Source: Arenicellales bacterium
Lineage (GTDB): Bacteria > Pseudomonadota > Gammaproteobacteria > Arenicellales > JAJDZL01
Direction of reading: 5' to 3'
NCBI GenBank assembly: GCA_965200425.1
Contig: CBDAUA010000004.1
Span: 146,105-210,104, forward strand
Length of the DNA stretch: 64,000 bases
In this document: piece by piece, positions 21,165 to 30,564 of the stretch
Layout: every line of letters begins with the position of its first letter
Position numbering within the stretch: the first letter of the stretch is position 1
Notes under the pieces: model-generated
The model's database searches: none
What the model saw: only the letters and a program-made list of their open reading frames with translations
What the model was told of the DNA's origin: nothing
Translations under genes and position numbers: made by a program

Positions 21165-21576
21165 TTAATAAGTTGTGGTTAGGTCAACGAGTTTAGCTCG
21201 AAATCTTTTCAAAATGCAGATAAATAGGAAGATTCAATTTGTTCACACTCTTTAGTCTTCTACGAGAAAACAAATATCCAATACAAAAAAAGTCAGTGAA
21301 CGAGGAATGTATTTTATCCGAGTGCTAAGTTGTTTAAATTGAGTCCTTCAAGCCAATGCTAAATCAGTGACGAGGAATGCGTAAGTGAGGTGAGCTCTTT
21401 TGGCTGAACTCGAGGCAATTAACTACGGCTAAACCCAATATTCTAATCGCGGCTCATCAAAAATTACTCATTGAACGATGGCTCAACCACTCGATCATCT
21501 TTCTGATTCATTCTTAGAAGTAAATCGAACTCGAATTTCTCTTGAAAATATCCTAAGATTGTAGCTGTCTATATGA

Positions 21577-22554
21577 TTATCCCCACAATGAAGGATGAGC
21601 CGGTGATAGTATACCGTCTCGGAAATCTAGCCCGCCCGTTCGGTCTCGCTTTAGCCAAATGGATGAATCGAGATCAACGTAACTTGCATCCTGGGATAGT
21701 AGAAATGCAGGTGCGAGGCTCAGTGAAGTGGACATCATACTGCCGATCATCAGCCTTTTACCGGCATCTTTAATCTTTCGGGACGAATGAATCGCTTCCG
21801 TTAAACCACCTGTTTTGTCCAGCTTGATATTAAAAACATCATATCGACACTGCAAGCGGTCTAAATCTTGAGAAAGATGAAACGACTCATCTGCGCAAAG
21901 CAAAATAGAACAATCAAAGTTTTCAAGAAAGTCATCTGAGCCAGCAGGAAATGGTTGTTCAATCATCTCGACTCCCAAGTCTTCGAGTTCAGGAAGATCC
22001 CGAACAAATTGTTCGGGTGTCCATGCTTCATTGGCGTCTACAATCAATCTTGAATCTGGGCAAACATCTCGCACTGCTCTTACAGACTCGACAACTTGAC
22101 TGCTGCCAAGTTTCAGCTTCAGAAGTTGGAAATTGCTCCACGCTTTGGCATCTTCAGCGAGTATTTCAGGCTCAGCTAAACTGAGTGAACAAGCACCGAC
22201 GACTGCAACGGGTTCGGGTAGATTTGCAATTTTCCAAACGGGGCGTCGACTTGACTTTGCCTCGAGGTCCCACAGTGCACAATCTAGCGCGTTGCGCGCA
22301 GCGTTTGCTGGAAATTCCTTAAGTAGTCTTTCTCGAGATAGATCTGACTTTAATGAACTCTCGATTCTTCGAATGCAGTCCAAGGTTTCATCGACAGTTT
22401 GTCCATAATGTGCATATGGAACCGCCTCGCCTTTACCGATACAAGATTGATCAGTAATTTCCACGACTACAACATCGACACTGGATTTACTGCCTCGAGA
22501 AATCGAAAATGAATCCCGAAGTGGCCACGTTTCGTGATTAGCCTTGACTTGCAA
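21577..22554 (-). CDS. dgcA: Enolase-superfamily dipeptide epimerase / N-acetyl-D-glutamate racemase-like (DgcA-like)
   Basis: 325 aa. KLKLG, VDANEAW, IEQP, CADES and NIKLDKTGG metal/base motifs of the MLE subgroup. Directly downstream of a DUF1611 gene. Confidence 0.7.
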   Translation of the reverse strand: MQVKANHETWPLRDSFSISRGSKSSVDVVVVEITDQSCIGKGEAVPYAHYGQTVDETLDCIRRIESSLKSDLSRERLLKEFPANAARNALDCALWDLEAKSSRRPVWKIANLPEPVAVVGACSLSLAEPEILAEDAKAWSNFQLLKLKLGSSQVVESVRAVRDVCPDSRLIVDANEAWTPEQFVRDLPELEDLGVEMIEQPFPAGSDDFLENFDCSILLCADESFHLSQDLDRLQCRYDVFNIKLDKTGGLTEAIHSSRKIKDAGKRLMIGSMMSTSLSLAPAFLLSQDASYVDLDSSIWLKRDRTGGLDFRDGILSPAHPSLWG

Positions 22555-22599
22555 AACCGTTTCCTGTTAGATGATCTATAGACTTCTAGCTTTGTAGAA

Positions 22600-23598
22600 T
22601 CAAAGCATGTTGTCAACTAGTTTTTCGACACCAGTAACGAAAGGATCAACAGCTGGAAGCTCGAAATGATGCTCCAAACGAGCCAGCAGTTCTGTTCTTT
22701 TCGATTCGGTGATGTGCTTGGTATTGACTGAGATTCCAACAAAACGAGTTCGGTCGCAAACAATTTTCGCTGATTCCAAGTACAAGTCAATGACGTCCTC
22801 GAGTGCTGGCATCGGTCTAGTGGGTAGTCCGCGCATGTGAGTTCTTGTGGGTTCGTGACACAAGACCAGAGCCTCAGGTTGGGCGCCATGCAGCAAGCCT
22901 AAACTGACTCCAGCAAAGGACGGATGATGAAGGGCACCCTGACCTTCGACTATGTCCCAGTGTGTTTCAGAATTCGCGGGGCACAAGTCCTCAACAGATC
23001 CCGAGATAAAGTCAGCAACAACGGCATCAACGGGGATCCCAGAACCAGCAATGAAAATTCCAGTTTGGCCAGTGGCTCGGAAGTCTACATCGACATTGCG
23101 CGAGCGTAGTTCCTTCGTAATGGCTAAGGCGGTGTACATTTTTCCTACTGAACAGTCGCTTCCAACCGTAAGCACTCGATGCCCACTACGATAGCTGCCT
23201 TTTCCAACCGAAAGATCAGCTGGTGGATTTCGAATTTCAAGTAAATTGCCGGAGCTAGATTCGGCGGCTTTTTGAACTTCTGGAATTGAGTCTAAGGAAG
23301 TATGAAGCCCGTTGGCGATAGACATATTTTGAGCAAGAGCTTCGACCATAGGAGCAGTCCAAGTCTGGGGAATTTGACCTCCAGGAATAGCAACTCCTAT
23401 CAAAACAGTTTGAACCCCTAGCTTGGCCGCCTGCTGCATCGTTAACTCAGGTAGATCTAGTTTTGCTGCGCAGCCTGGTAGCTTGAATTGTCCGATGCAT
23501 TCATCTTTACACCAATCCAATACGCCAAACGCGGTTTTTGCAGCTAAGTCGTCGCGCGCATCACCAATAAATAACAAGTACGGTTTTTTCAGTTTCAT
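22600..23598 (-). CDS. dgcN: DUF1611 protein (DgcN-like D-glutamate N-acetyltransferase)
   Basis: I prefer the start at MKLKKPYLLFIGDA (ATG at 23598); the 31-codon upstream extension is AT-rich and low-complexity. VGSDCSVGKMYT and GQGALHHPSFAGVSLGLLHG are typical of DUF1611. Confidence 0.7.
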   Translation of the reverse strand: MKLKKPYLLFIGDARDDLAAKTAFGVLDWCKDECIGQFKLPGCAAKLDLPELTMQQAAKLGVQTVLIGVAIPGGQIPQTWTAPMVEALAQNMSIANGLHTSLDSIPEVQKAAESSSGNLLEIRNPPADLSVGKGSYRSGHRVLTVGSDCSVGKMYTALAITKELRSRNVDVDFRATGQTGIFIAGSGIPVDAVVADFISGSVEDLCPANSETHWDIVEGQGALHHPSFAGVSLGLLHGAQPEALVLCHEPTRTHMRGLPTRPMPALEDVIDLYLESAKIVCDRTRFVGISVNTKHITESKRTELLARLEHHFELPAVDPFVTGVEKLVDNML

Positions 23599-23747
23599 CG
23601 ATTTAGTATGAATGAAAGTGTATCTCTGAATAAAATATTGTTTATATTTATACAAGCTGTTACATCGAAACAAATTAAATCTATGAGTCAATATTTTCGA
23701 CGTAGCATAGTCCCGATCTCAACAAATTCAATCCTCTATTTGGTTCT

Positions 23748-24665
23748 ATGAGTAATTGGATTAGGCGAATGACCAATATCGACGGTCAGATTACGCCCAC
23801 AGAAAAAGCAATGATACCAGTCACTGATCGAGGCTTTCTTTACGGAGATTCCGTTTATGAGGTGTTGCGAACCTATGGTGGAATTCCGTTCATGTTAGAA
23901 GAACACTTTGAGCGACTTGAAAATTCGGCGCGTCTTATTCACATGGAGATCTCTCAATCGCGCGAGCTATTGACCCACGAAATTAAACGAACTGCAAAAG
24001 CCGCGGGCATCGCTAAGGATCAAGATGTATATGTTCGTTTCAAGATAACCAGAGGTGAAGGTCCGATTGAACTTCATCCGAAGGCGAATCCCACGACTCG
24101 TTTTGTCATTTTAGTCGCGCCTCTACCGTCATGGAATCCAAAGCACTATGCTGTGGGGATGTCTATGGCGATTCCAGACGTGTATCGCAATCCAGTAAAT
24201 TCACTTGATCCAAATATCAAGGGTGGGAATTATCTAAACAACATTATGGCCGTGATGCAAGCCCGAAAAAGAGGTGCTGACGAAAGCTTAATTTTGAATT
24301 CAGAAGCTTATGTAACTGAGGCGTCAAACAGTAACGTCTGGTTCGTTATCGACGATTTAGTCGTTACGCCAGCCACTGGCAACCTACGAGGGTTGACAAA
24401 AGCTGGAATATTCAAAGCCTGTGCTGAAAAGGGCCCCAAAATGGTGGAACGAGACGTTCATGTGAAAGAGTTATCTCAAGCAACAGAGTGTTTTATTTCT
24501 AGCGCAACGCGAGAAGTTATGCCAGTGTATTGTTTAGAATTGACGGATGGAACAATTGTCGATTTCCCTATTGGAGGCGGAGTACAAACCAAAGCAATTC
24601 ATGCGACCTATCGACAATTTATCCAAGAATATATCGATTCGCATGCTGCCGAGTCCTTTTTGTAG
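23748..24665 (+). CDS. Class IV (fold type IV) aminotransferase, D-amino-acid or branched-chain type
   Basis: 305 aa. PVTDRGFLYGDSVYEVLRTY, FERLENSA and NIKGGNYLNNI motifs. Confidence 0.85.
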   Translation: MSNWIRRMTNIDGQITPTEKAMIPVTDRGFLYGDSVYEVLRTYGGIPFMLEEHFERLENSARLIHMEISQSRELLTHEIKRTAKAAGIAKDQDVYVRFKITRGEGPIELHPKANPTTRFVILVAPLPSWNPKHYAVGMSMAIPDVYRNPVNSLDPNIKGGNYLNNIMAVMQARKRGADESLILNSEAYVTEASNSNVWFVIDDLVVTPATGNLRGLTKAGIFKACAEKGPKMVERDVHVKELSQATECFISSATREVMPVYCLELTDGTIVDFPIGGGVQTKAIHATYRQFIQEYIDSHAAESFL

Positions 24666-24723
24666 AAAAAAAATAGTTTAGGATCGAATAAGAATTTTGG
24701 GGTACCAAATGGAAGGAGATGGT

Positions 24724-25827
24724 ATGGAAAAGCTTAGAATTGCCTTGCTTTTTGGTGGACAATCGTGTGAACACGAAGTGTCTGTTACTTCAGCCCGTTG
24801 CATATACGAAGCGCTTGACTCGAACCGGTTTGACGTGACATTGATCGGCATTACAAAATTAGGTAGCTGGTTTTGGATTACCGACCCCAAGCCGATATTC
24901 GAGAGTAAAGAAGTAACGCCAGATGGTCATCGACCAGTCATGCTCGATTATCGAAAACGAGGCACAGTTTTAGCGCTGAATGAGAAAAACAATTCCTTTG
25001 AGTCTCTGAATTTAATTGATGTGATATTTCCGATACTACACGGCCCCTACGGGGAAGATGGAACCATTCAAGGTTTACTAGAACTTTCGAGAACTCCATT
25101 CATTGGCTCCGGTGTAACAGGGTCCGCGGTTGCGATGAACAAAGCCGTGGCAAAATTTGTCTGTGAAGCAGAGTCGATTCCCCAAGCGAAGTATTTGGTT
25201 ATCAATCGTAGTCGCTGGGAAGCCCACCAAGAAGAGGTTTTTCAAGAAATCGAAAGTTCATTACGCTATCCGTTGTTCATTAAACCTTGCAGTCTTGGTT
25301 CGAGTGTGGGTATCAGTAAAGTTCACGATTCAACAAATCTCAAAACGTGTATGGACTTTGCTGCAAAGTTTGATCTTGCCCTCGTTGTAGAAGAAGGTTT
25401 TGAGAACTGTTACGAAGTTGAAGTTTCTGTGATCGGTAATGATGATCCAAGTGCTTCTGTGGTTGGAGAGATTATTCCGGGTGCGGAATTCTACGATTAT
25501 GAGGACAAATACGTCAATAATCTTACACAATTCGATATTCCTGTAGAATTGCCTGATAGGGTAGTTGCTACAATCCAAAATCACGCAATTTGTGCGTATA
25601 AAGCTATGTCAGTTCAGGGATTGGCAAGAGTCGATTTCTTTGTCGATAAGGAAAGCCATCAAGTCTACTTGAATGAAATTAATACGATGCCGGGCTTTAC
25701 ACCCATCAGTATGTATCCAAAACTTTGGGAGTCGAGTGGAATTAAATATGCAGATCTTATTGATACTTTGATTCAATATGCTCTAAATCGCCGCCAAGAA
25801 CAAGATCGCACTCAATACGTTCTTTAA
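24724..25827 (+). CDS. ddl: D-alanine--D-alanine ligase, DdlA-type
   Basis: The ATG at 24724 is preceded by GGAAGGAG. MEKLRIALLFGGQSCEHEVSVTSA... closely parallels the E. coli DdlA N-terminus. EINTMPGFT occurs near the C-terminus. Confidence 0.9.
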   Translation: MEKLRIALLFGGQSCEHEVSVTSARCIYEALDSNRFDVTLIGITKLGSWFWITDPKPIFESKEVTPDGHRPVMLDYRKRGTVLALNEKNNSFESLNLIDVIFPILHGPYGEDGTIQGLLELSRTPFIGSGVTGSAVAMNKAVAKFVCEAESIPQAKYLVINRSRWEAHQEEVFQEIESSLRYPLFIKPCSLGSSVGISKVHDSTNLKTCMDFAAKFDLALVVEEGFENCYEVEVSVIGNDDPSASVVGEIIPGAEFYDYEDKYVNNLTQFDIPVELPDRVVATIQNHAICAYKAMSVQGLARVDFFVDKESHQVYLNEINTMPGFTPISMYPKLWESSGIKYADLIDTLIQYALNRRQEQDRTQYVL

Positions 25828-25866
25828 GATAATGTTGTGCTTGCAAAAAATTCTAAATCTAGATCC

Positions 25867-27540
25867 ATGACACAAGCTTGTGATTACATCATCGTCGGGG
25901 CTGGTTCTGCCGGCAGCACACTGGCCAATCGTTTGACAGAAGATGAAGATGTACGTGTCGAATTGGTTGAAACCGGGCCCAAAGATGGTAGTTGGATGCT
26001 CGATATGCCAGCTGCGTTTTCGCGACCACTGTTGAGCGATCGCTTTAACTGGGCCTATCGTTCACAACCTGAGCCGTATTTGAATCAACGCAGAATGGAC
26101 TGCCCTCGAGGACGTGTTCTGGGAGGCTCTTCATCCATTAACGGAATGTGCTATGTTCGAGGCAATGCGAGGGACTATGATCGTTGGGCCGTAGAATCTG
26201 GTGATCCAAGCTGGTCCTACGCACACTGTCTACCGTACTTTCGAAAGGCAGAGACTCTTAAAGACGGGGCCGATGAATATCATGGTGGCAAAGGACCGTT
26301 GATAGTTACCAAAGCACCCTGTGAGAATCCATTATTTCAAGCATTTATCGAAGCTGGCGTGCAAGCGGGATATGGCTATACCGAAGATCAGAACGGTTAT
26401 CGTCAGGAAGGTTTTGGGCCAATGTTTATGACCGTTAACGACGGAGTACGGTGGAGTACCGTTAGGGCTTACTTGGATCCAATTTCATCGGTGCGAAAAA
26501 ATCTGAAAATTAGACGAAAGAATTTGGTGACAAGGATCCTTTTTGATGGTAACCGAGCAATTGGAATTGAAACCTTTGCGAAAGGTAAATTCGATACCAT
26601 CCAATGTGACCGAGAAGTGATTGTATGCGGTGGTTCGATCAACTCTCCTCAATTGTTACAGTTATCGGGAATCGGTCCAGCCAAATTACTCAAACAAATT
26701 GATATTCCTTGTCGAATTGATTTGCCAGGAGTTGGTGAAAACCTGCAAGACCATCTTGAGGTTTATGTACAGCACGGGTGCAAACAACCAGTTTCATTGT
26801 ATCCGGCGCTCAAGTTCCATGTTCAGGCGATGGTTTTACTACGGTGGAAGTTTACAAAACAAGGTTGGGGCACCTCCAATCACTTTGAGGCTGGCGGGTT
26901 TATTCGCAGCCGAGCGGGCATCAAACATCCGAATTTACAGTACCATTTTTTTCCAGTAGCAGCCAACTATGATGGTCGTGCTCCCGCAAAAGGACATGGT
27001 TTTCAAGCTCATGTTGGACCAATGCGACCAACGAGTCGCGGATTTGTACGTACGATATCCAATGATCCGAGAAAGCCACCCGCGATTCAATTCAACTACT
27101 TGCAGACTGAGAGTGATCGTGAAGAGATGTTGGATGCAATCCATCTAACTCGAGAAATTTTTAGTCAAAAGGCCTTCGATCCCTATCGCGGTCCGGAACT
27201 GGCTCCTGGAAAATCGGTTCAAGCTGACGAAGAAATTTTAGAGTTTGTAAGAGCCAAAGCGGAAAGTGCTTACCATCCCACTAGTACTTGCAAAATGGGT
27301 ACAGATGACATGGCAGTCGTTGATTCTGAAGGACGAGTACGAGGTGCTGAAAATCTTCGAGTGATTGATGCGTCTATTATGCCGAGTCTCGTCAGTGGAA
27401 ATACCAATGCGCCTACCATCATGCTGGCTGAAAAGTTAGCCGATAAAATTCGAAAGCTTGAGCCTCTTGAAGCTTCCAATGCCGCCGTTTTCGTGGCGAG
27501 ATCCTGGAAAACTGAGCAGCGATTGTCCACACCTCATTAG
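25867..27540 (+). CDS. GMC-family FAD oxidoreductase (choline dehydrogenase-like)
   Basis: DYIIVGAGSAGSTLANRL, GGSSSINGMCYVRG and C-terminal HPTSTCKMG...IMPSLVSGNTNAPTIMLAEK motifs. Confidence 0.88.
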   Translation: MTQACDYIIVGAGSAGSTLANRLTEDEDVRVELVETGPKDGSWMLDMPAAFSRPLLSDRFNWAYRSQPEPYLNQRRMDCPRGRVLGGSSSINGMCYVRGNARDYDRWAVESGDPSWSYAHCLPYFRKAETLKDGADEYHGGKGPLIVTKAPCENPLFQAFIEAGVQAGYGYTEDQNGYRQEGFGPMFMTVNDGVRWSTVRAYLDPISSVRKNLKIRRKNLVTRILFDGNRAIGIETFAKGKFDTIQCDREVIVCGGSINSPQLLQLSGIGPAKLLKQIDIPCRIDLPGVGENLQDHLEVYVQHGCKQPVSLYPALKFHVQAMVLLRWKFTKQGWGTSNHFEAGGFIRSRAGIKHPNLQYHFFPVAANYDGRAPAKGHGFQAHVGPMRPTSRGFVRTISNDPRKPPAIQFNYLQTESDREEMLDAIHLTREIFSQKAFDPYRGPELAPGKSVQADEEILEFVRAKAESAYHPTSTCKMGTDDMAVVDSEGRVRGAENLRVIDASIMPSLVSGNTNAPTIMLAEKLADKIRKLEPLEASNAAVFVARSWKTEQRLSTPH

Positions 27541-27549
27541 GGGTTCAAT

Positions 27550-28932
27550 GTGATCGAACAGACTGTCCAGGAATTGAGCAGTCAAATTCATAATCGAGGA
27601 ATTGCTGTATCGGCTCTTATTGACGAATACTTGCAGCGAATTGAATCGAATTCACACTATCAATCCATCGAATTCGTGCCAACTGAAGGAATTCGCATAC
27701 TTGCGAAAAAAGCAGACCGGTCAGTTGAATCCAAAAGGAAATTAGGGCGGTTGCACGGTGTTCCAGTATTGGTAGACGATTTGCTTGATGTTGCCAATCT
27801 GAGAACTAGTTATGGAAGTCAATGTTATCGAGAACATGTTCCAAACGTTGACTCCTTAGCGGTACGAAGACTGCGAGAATCTGGAGCCATAATCATGGGT
27901 AAAACCAAGACTTCAGAGTTTGGTTTGATTCAATGTGAATCTTTAAATCAGTATGTATCGAAGTCTGCTTTGGGGCATGAGTACGTGAGCGGTGGTGGGT
28001 CGAGTGGAATGTGTGTTTCTTTAGCTCTAAATCTTGCATCACTGTCAATCGGGATAGATGTAGGCGGTAATGTCCTACTACCAGCAGCGTTTCAAGGTTT
28101 ATTTGCATTCCGACCGACGCACGGTCGTATACCACATACTCCGATTTACTCGCAAGGGATGATGTTTCCTGATGTTGTGCCGGTTACAAGAAGTGTTTAC
28201 GATTGTGCCTTAATGATGGAAATTATGAGCGGTTATAGCGCGGTCGATCCGTTTTGTCTTCAAACTCGCTCACCCAAGTTCGAAGATTCTTTGAATCGAT
28301 CTGTCAAATCTTTGAATATTGCACATTATCCGTCCTTGTGGAATGCCCCCGTTGACGATGACCATCGACATGCACTTGACGAAATGGTGGAATTCTTGCG
28401 GTCTATGGGAAGTCGTGTTGCGAAAGTTCGACCACCCATTCGAGACTCGACAAAAGCTTGGGAAACGATTGTCTCAGCTGAATTATTTGCACAGCATGAA
28501 AACGCTTATTTTGAGCAGCGCAGTTTGCTCAGTCCTTTTGTATCGAGCTGGATTCGACGAGGCGCGGAGCTTACAGCGAAGGAATATCTTGAGGCGCAAA
28601 GGCAAATTTTTGGGCTTCGAGCTTTACTTCGTAGATTTTTTGACGAACATGATATTTTCCTATTTGCTGGAACTGGGTGTGTACCTTTTAAGTACGGTGA
28701 AACTCCTTCCAATCTTGATTGCAGAAACGAATGTACGAGCTGGCAGCAGTACGCTTCAGGGTGTTCTTTTGGCGCGATAAGCGGATTTCCGGTAGCTCAT
28801 CTTCCTTGTGGAACGAATTCCGATGGTTTGCCAGTTGGGCTGTTTGTAGTGGCTGGTTATGGCAATGACGATTTGGTATTTTCTATTTGTGTAGCCTATG
28901 AACGAGTCCTAAATCAAAGAACTCAGGGCTGA
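27550..28932 (+). CDS. Amidase-signature family paralog with substituted catalytic Lys and Ser (probable pseudoenzyme)
   Basis: 460 aa, GTG start 9 bp after the GMC stop. HGVPVLVDDLLDV replaces the ..KD.. motif, and GIDVGGNVLLPAAF replaces ..D(T/G)GGS(I/V)R.PA.. The GGGSSG motif is retained. Confidence 0.8.
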   Translation: MIEQTVQELSSQIHNRGIAVSALIDEYLQRIESNSHYQSIEFVPTEGIRILAKKADRSVESKRKLGRLHGVPVLVDDLLDVANLRTSYGSQCYREHVPNVDSLAVRRLRESGAIIMGKTKTSEFGLIQCESLNQYVSKSALGHEYVSGGGSSGMCVSLALNLASLSIGIDVGGNVLLPAAFQGLFAFRPTHGRIPHTPIYSQGMMFPDVVPVTRSVYDCALMMEIMSGYSAVDPFCLQTRSPKFEDSLNRSVKSLNIAHYPSLWNAPVDDDHRHALDEMVEFLRSMGSRVAKVRPPIRDSTKAWETIVSAELFAQHENAYFEQRSLLSPFVSSWIRRGAELTAKEYLEAQRQIFGLRALLRRFFDEHDIFLFAGTGCVPFKYGETPSNLDCRNECTSWQQYASGCSFGAISGFPVAHLPCGTNSDGLPVGLFVVAGYGNDDLVFSICVAYERVLNQRTQG

Positions 28933-28958
28933 GCTCAAAATGTTCATTGCGAACTTAC

Positions 28959-29867
28959 CTAAAACTTCGATTTATCGAACACTTTGTCGGAGATATCAAC
29001 TATCGCTGCACTGAAAATTAGTGTGATACCGATAATTTGAGTCCAGCCGAATGGTTCACCGGAGAGCCATGCAGCTGAAGTTACTCCAAAAATTATTTCG
29101 CTCATCATCAAAATACCCACTCGAGCTGGGCTTATGATTTGTGCAGCCCAGAACACTAGAAATAGAGACGGTAAGTAAGCAACGATAAAGATGATCAGCC
29201 AAAAAGACGAGGCCAGTACCGCATTCATGCTAGGCACTTGGTCTAGTCCGTGAACAGGCAGAAAAATAAAGAATACCGAAGCGATCGCGCCTCCTATATA
29301 AAAGCCACCCACTTGTTCCCATACTGCAGCATTTTCATCATCACGAATTCGAACCGTAGCATAAGCCCAAAGTACGCCTGAGGCTAGAGCAAGCAGGTCG
29401 CCCAGATTGGCAAGTCGAGGGAGACCATCAGCGAGTCCTAAAATTACGAACAATCCAGCGAGTCCCAAAACAACCGAACATATGCGAAAGAGCGTAATTT
29501 TTTCGCTGAGAAAAATGCGCCCTAATATTGTGCTCCAAACTGGAGTTAAGTAAAACAAAAGAACAGTTTTGACAACTTCTGTTATCACGAGCGCGACTGC
29601 ATAAAAGATCACACAAGTGCCCGACAGAAGCCCGGTCAAGAGTACCGCCCAAGGCAGTCTAGCCGTTTTTTGCCACTGTACTAGAAAGGCCATGACAAAA
29701 AACAAACCAGTGATACCAAAGGTGATAAATGAAGACCAGGACGCGGTTACTCCATTTTCATCCAACTGTCGAAGTGGAATCCAGTAAACTCCCCAGATTG
29801 CCCCACCTACGGCGACTGCAATGCTAGCAAGTAGTATCGAATTTTTAGATCTTTTCAACAAATTCAA
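28959..29867 (-). CDS. DMT superfamily (EamA-like) transporter
   Basis: 302 aa with 10 predicted hydrophobic segments and the two-repeat architecture typical of EamA. Confidence 0.8.
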   Translation of the reverse strand: MNLLKRSKNSILLASIAVAVGGAIWGVYWIPLRQLDENGVTASWSSFITFGITGLFFVMAFLVQWQKTARLPWAVLLTGLLSGTCVIFYAVALVITEVVKTVLLFYLTPVWSTILGRIFLSEKITLFRICSVVLGLAGLFVILGLADGLPRLANLGDLLALASGVLWAYATVRIRDDENAAVWEQVGGFYIGGAIASVFFIFLPVHGLDQVPSMNAVLASSFWLIIFIVAYLPSLFLVFWAAQIISPARVGILMMSEIIFGVTSAAWLSGEPFGWTQIIGITLIFSAAIVDISDKVFDKSKF

Positions 29868-30213
29868 GCCAATGACAACCGTCGGTGCTGATCTGCAGCA
29901 GAGCTAATCCAGCACACTGTCAATCGAATTGTTGGTTCTAGAGGCTGCGTAGAGTAAATTCGCGTAGGATTGGATATTCCATCAATTTGTAGAGTCTAGT
30001 TGTCATATTTTATGGAAATTGTTCAATCTACATTACCAGTTACAGCTAGAAATTTTAGCCAATGTCAAATAACAGTATGATTTAAATCGATTTTCTTCAA
30101 CAGCTATCCAATTTGATGTGGCTTCAATTTTGGATTTTCAACGAATGAAATTAAAACTCGATTATTTAGGAAAGCTTAGGCAAGAACGAAGTATTTCAAT
30201 CATAATCAGTGTG

Positions 30214-30222
30214 TTATACACA
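30214..30222 (+). promoter_or_regulatory. DnaA-box consensus match (TTATACACA)
   Basis: Exact match to TTATNCACA inside a 1.6 kb ORF-free AT-rich spacer. Confidence 0.4.
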
Positions 30223-30531
30223 TTTATGGGTTACAAGATTGGCCTCACCGAGCTCAGTTTTTGGCCTCATATTTGAATAAATATGGGTCTTTGGAAGCTT
30301 GAAAAACCACCAAATTTATAACTGAAAATAGAAGTAATATCTAAAATTTAGCAAGAATTCCTTCCGTCATGAATCAAGTAATACTCGTTAAGTGTTTTAT
30401 TTCATTAATAAAACTAAATTATTTTTCGACTAGTACGAGTTCGTTATCTGCTTTGCCCAACTTACCAAAAAATCTGTATGCAGATCTGATGACGTAACTT
30501 GTAAATTGCTAAAAATAAAGAATAAACTTTG

Positions 30532-30564
30532 TTTTACACGAAGTTATCCACAGACTTATGAACA
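30532..30564 (+). promoter_or_regulatory. Three same-orientation DnaA-box-like 9-mers in 12-bp phase
   Basis: TTTTACACG (7/9), TTATCCACA (9/9) and TTATGAACA (8/9), separated by 3-bp spacers. Confidence 0.4.

Noticed and set aside
23599-23691. A 31-codon extension of the DUF1611 ORF (MTHRFNLFRCNSLYKYKQYF...).
   Set aside because: The extension is AT-rich low-complexity sequence with no family similarity. The conserved start MKLKKPYLLFIGDA is at 23598.
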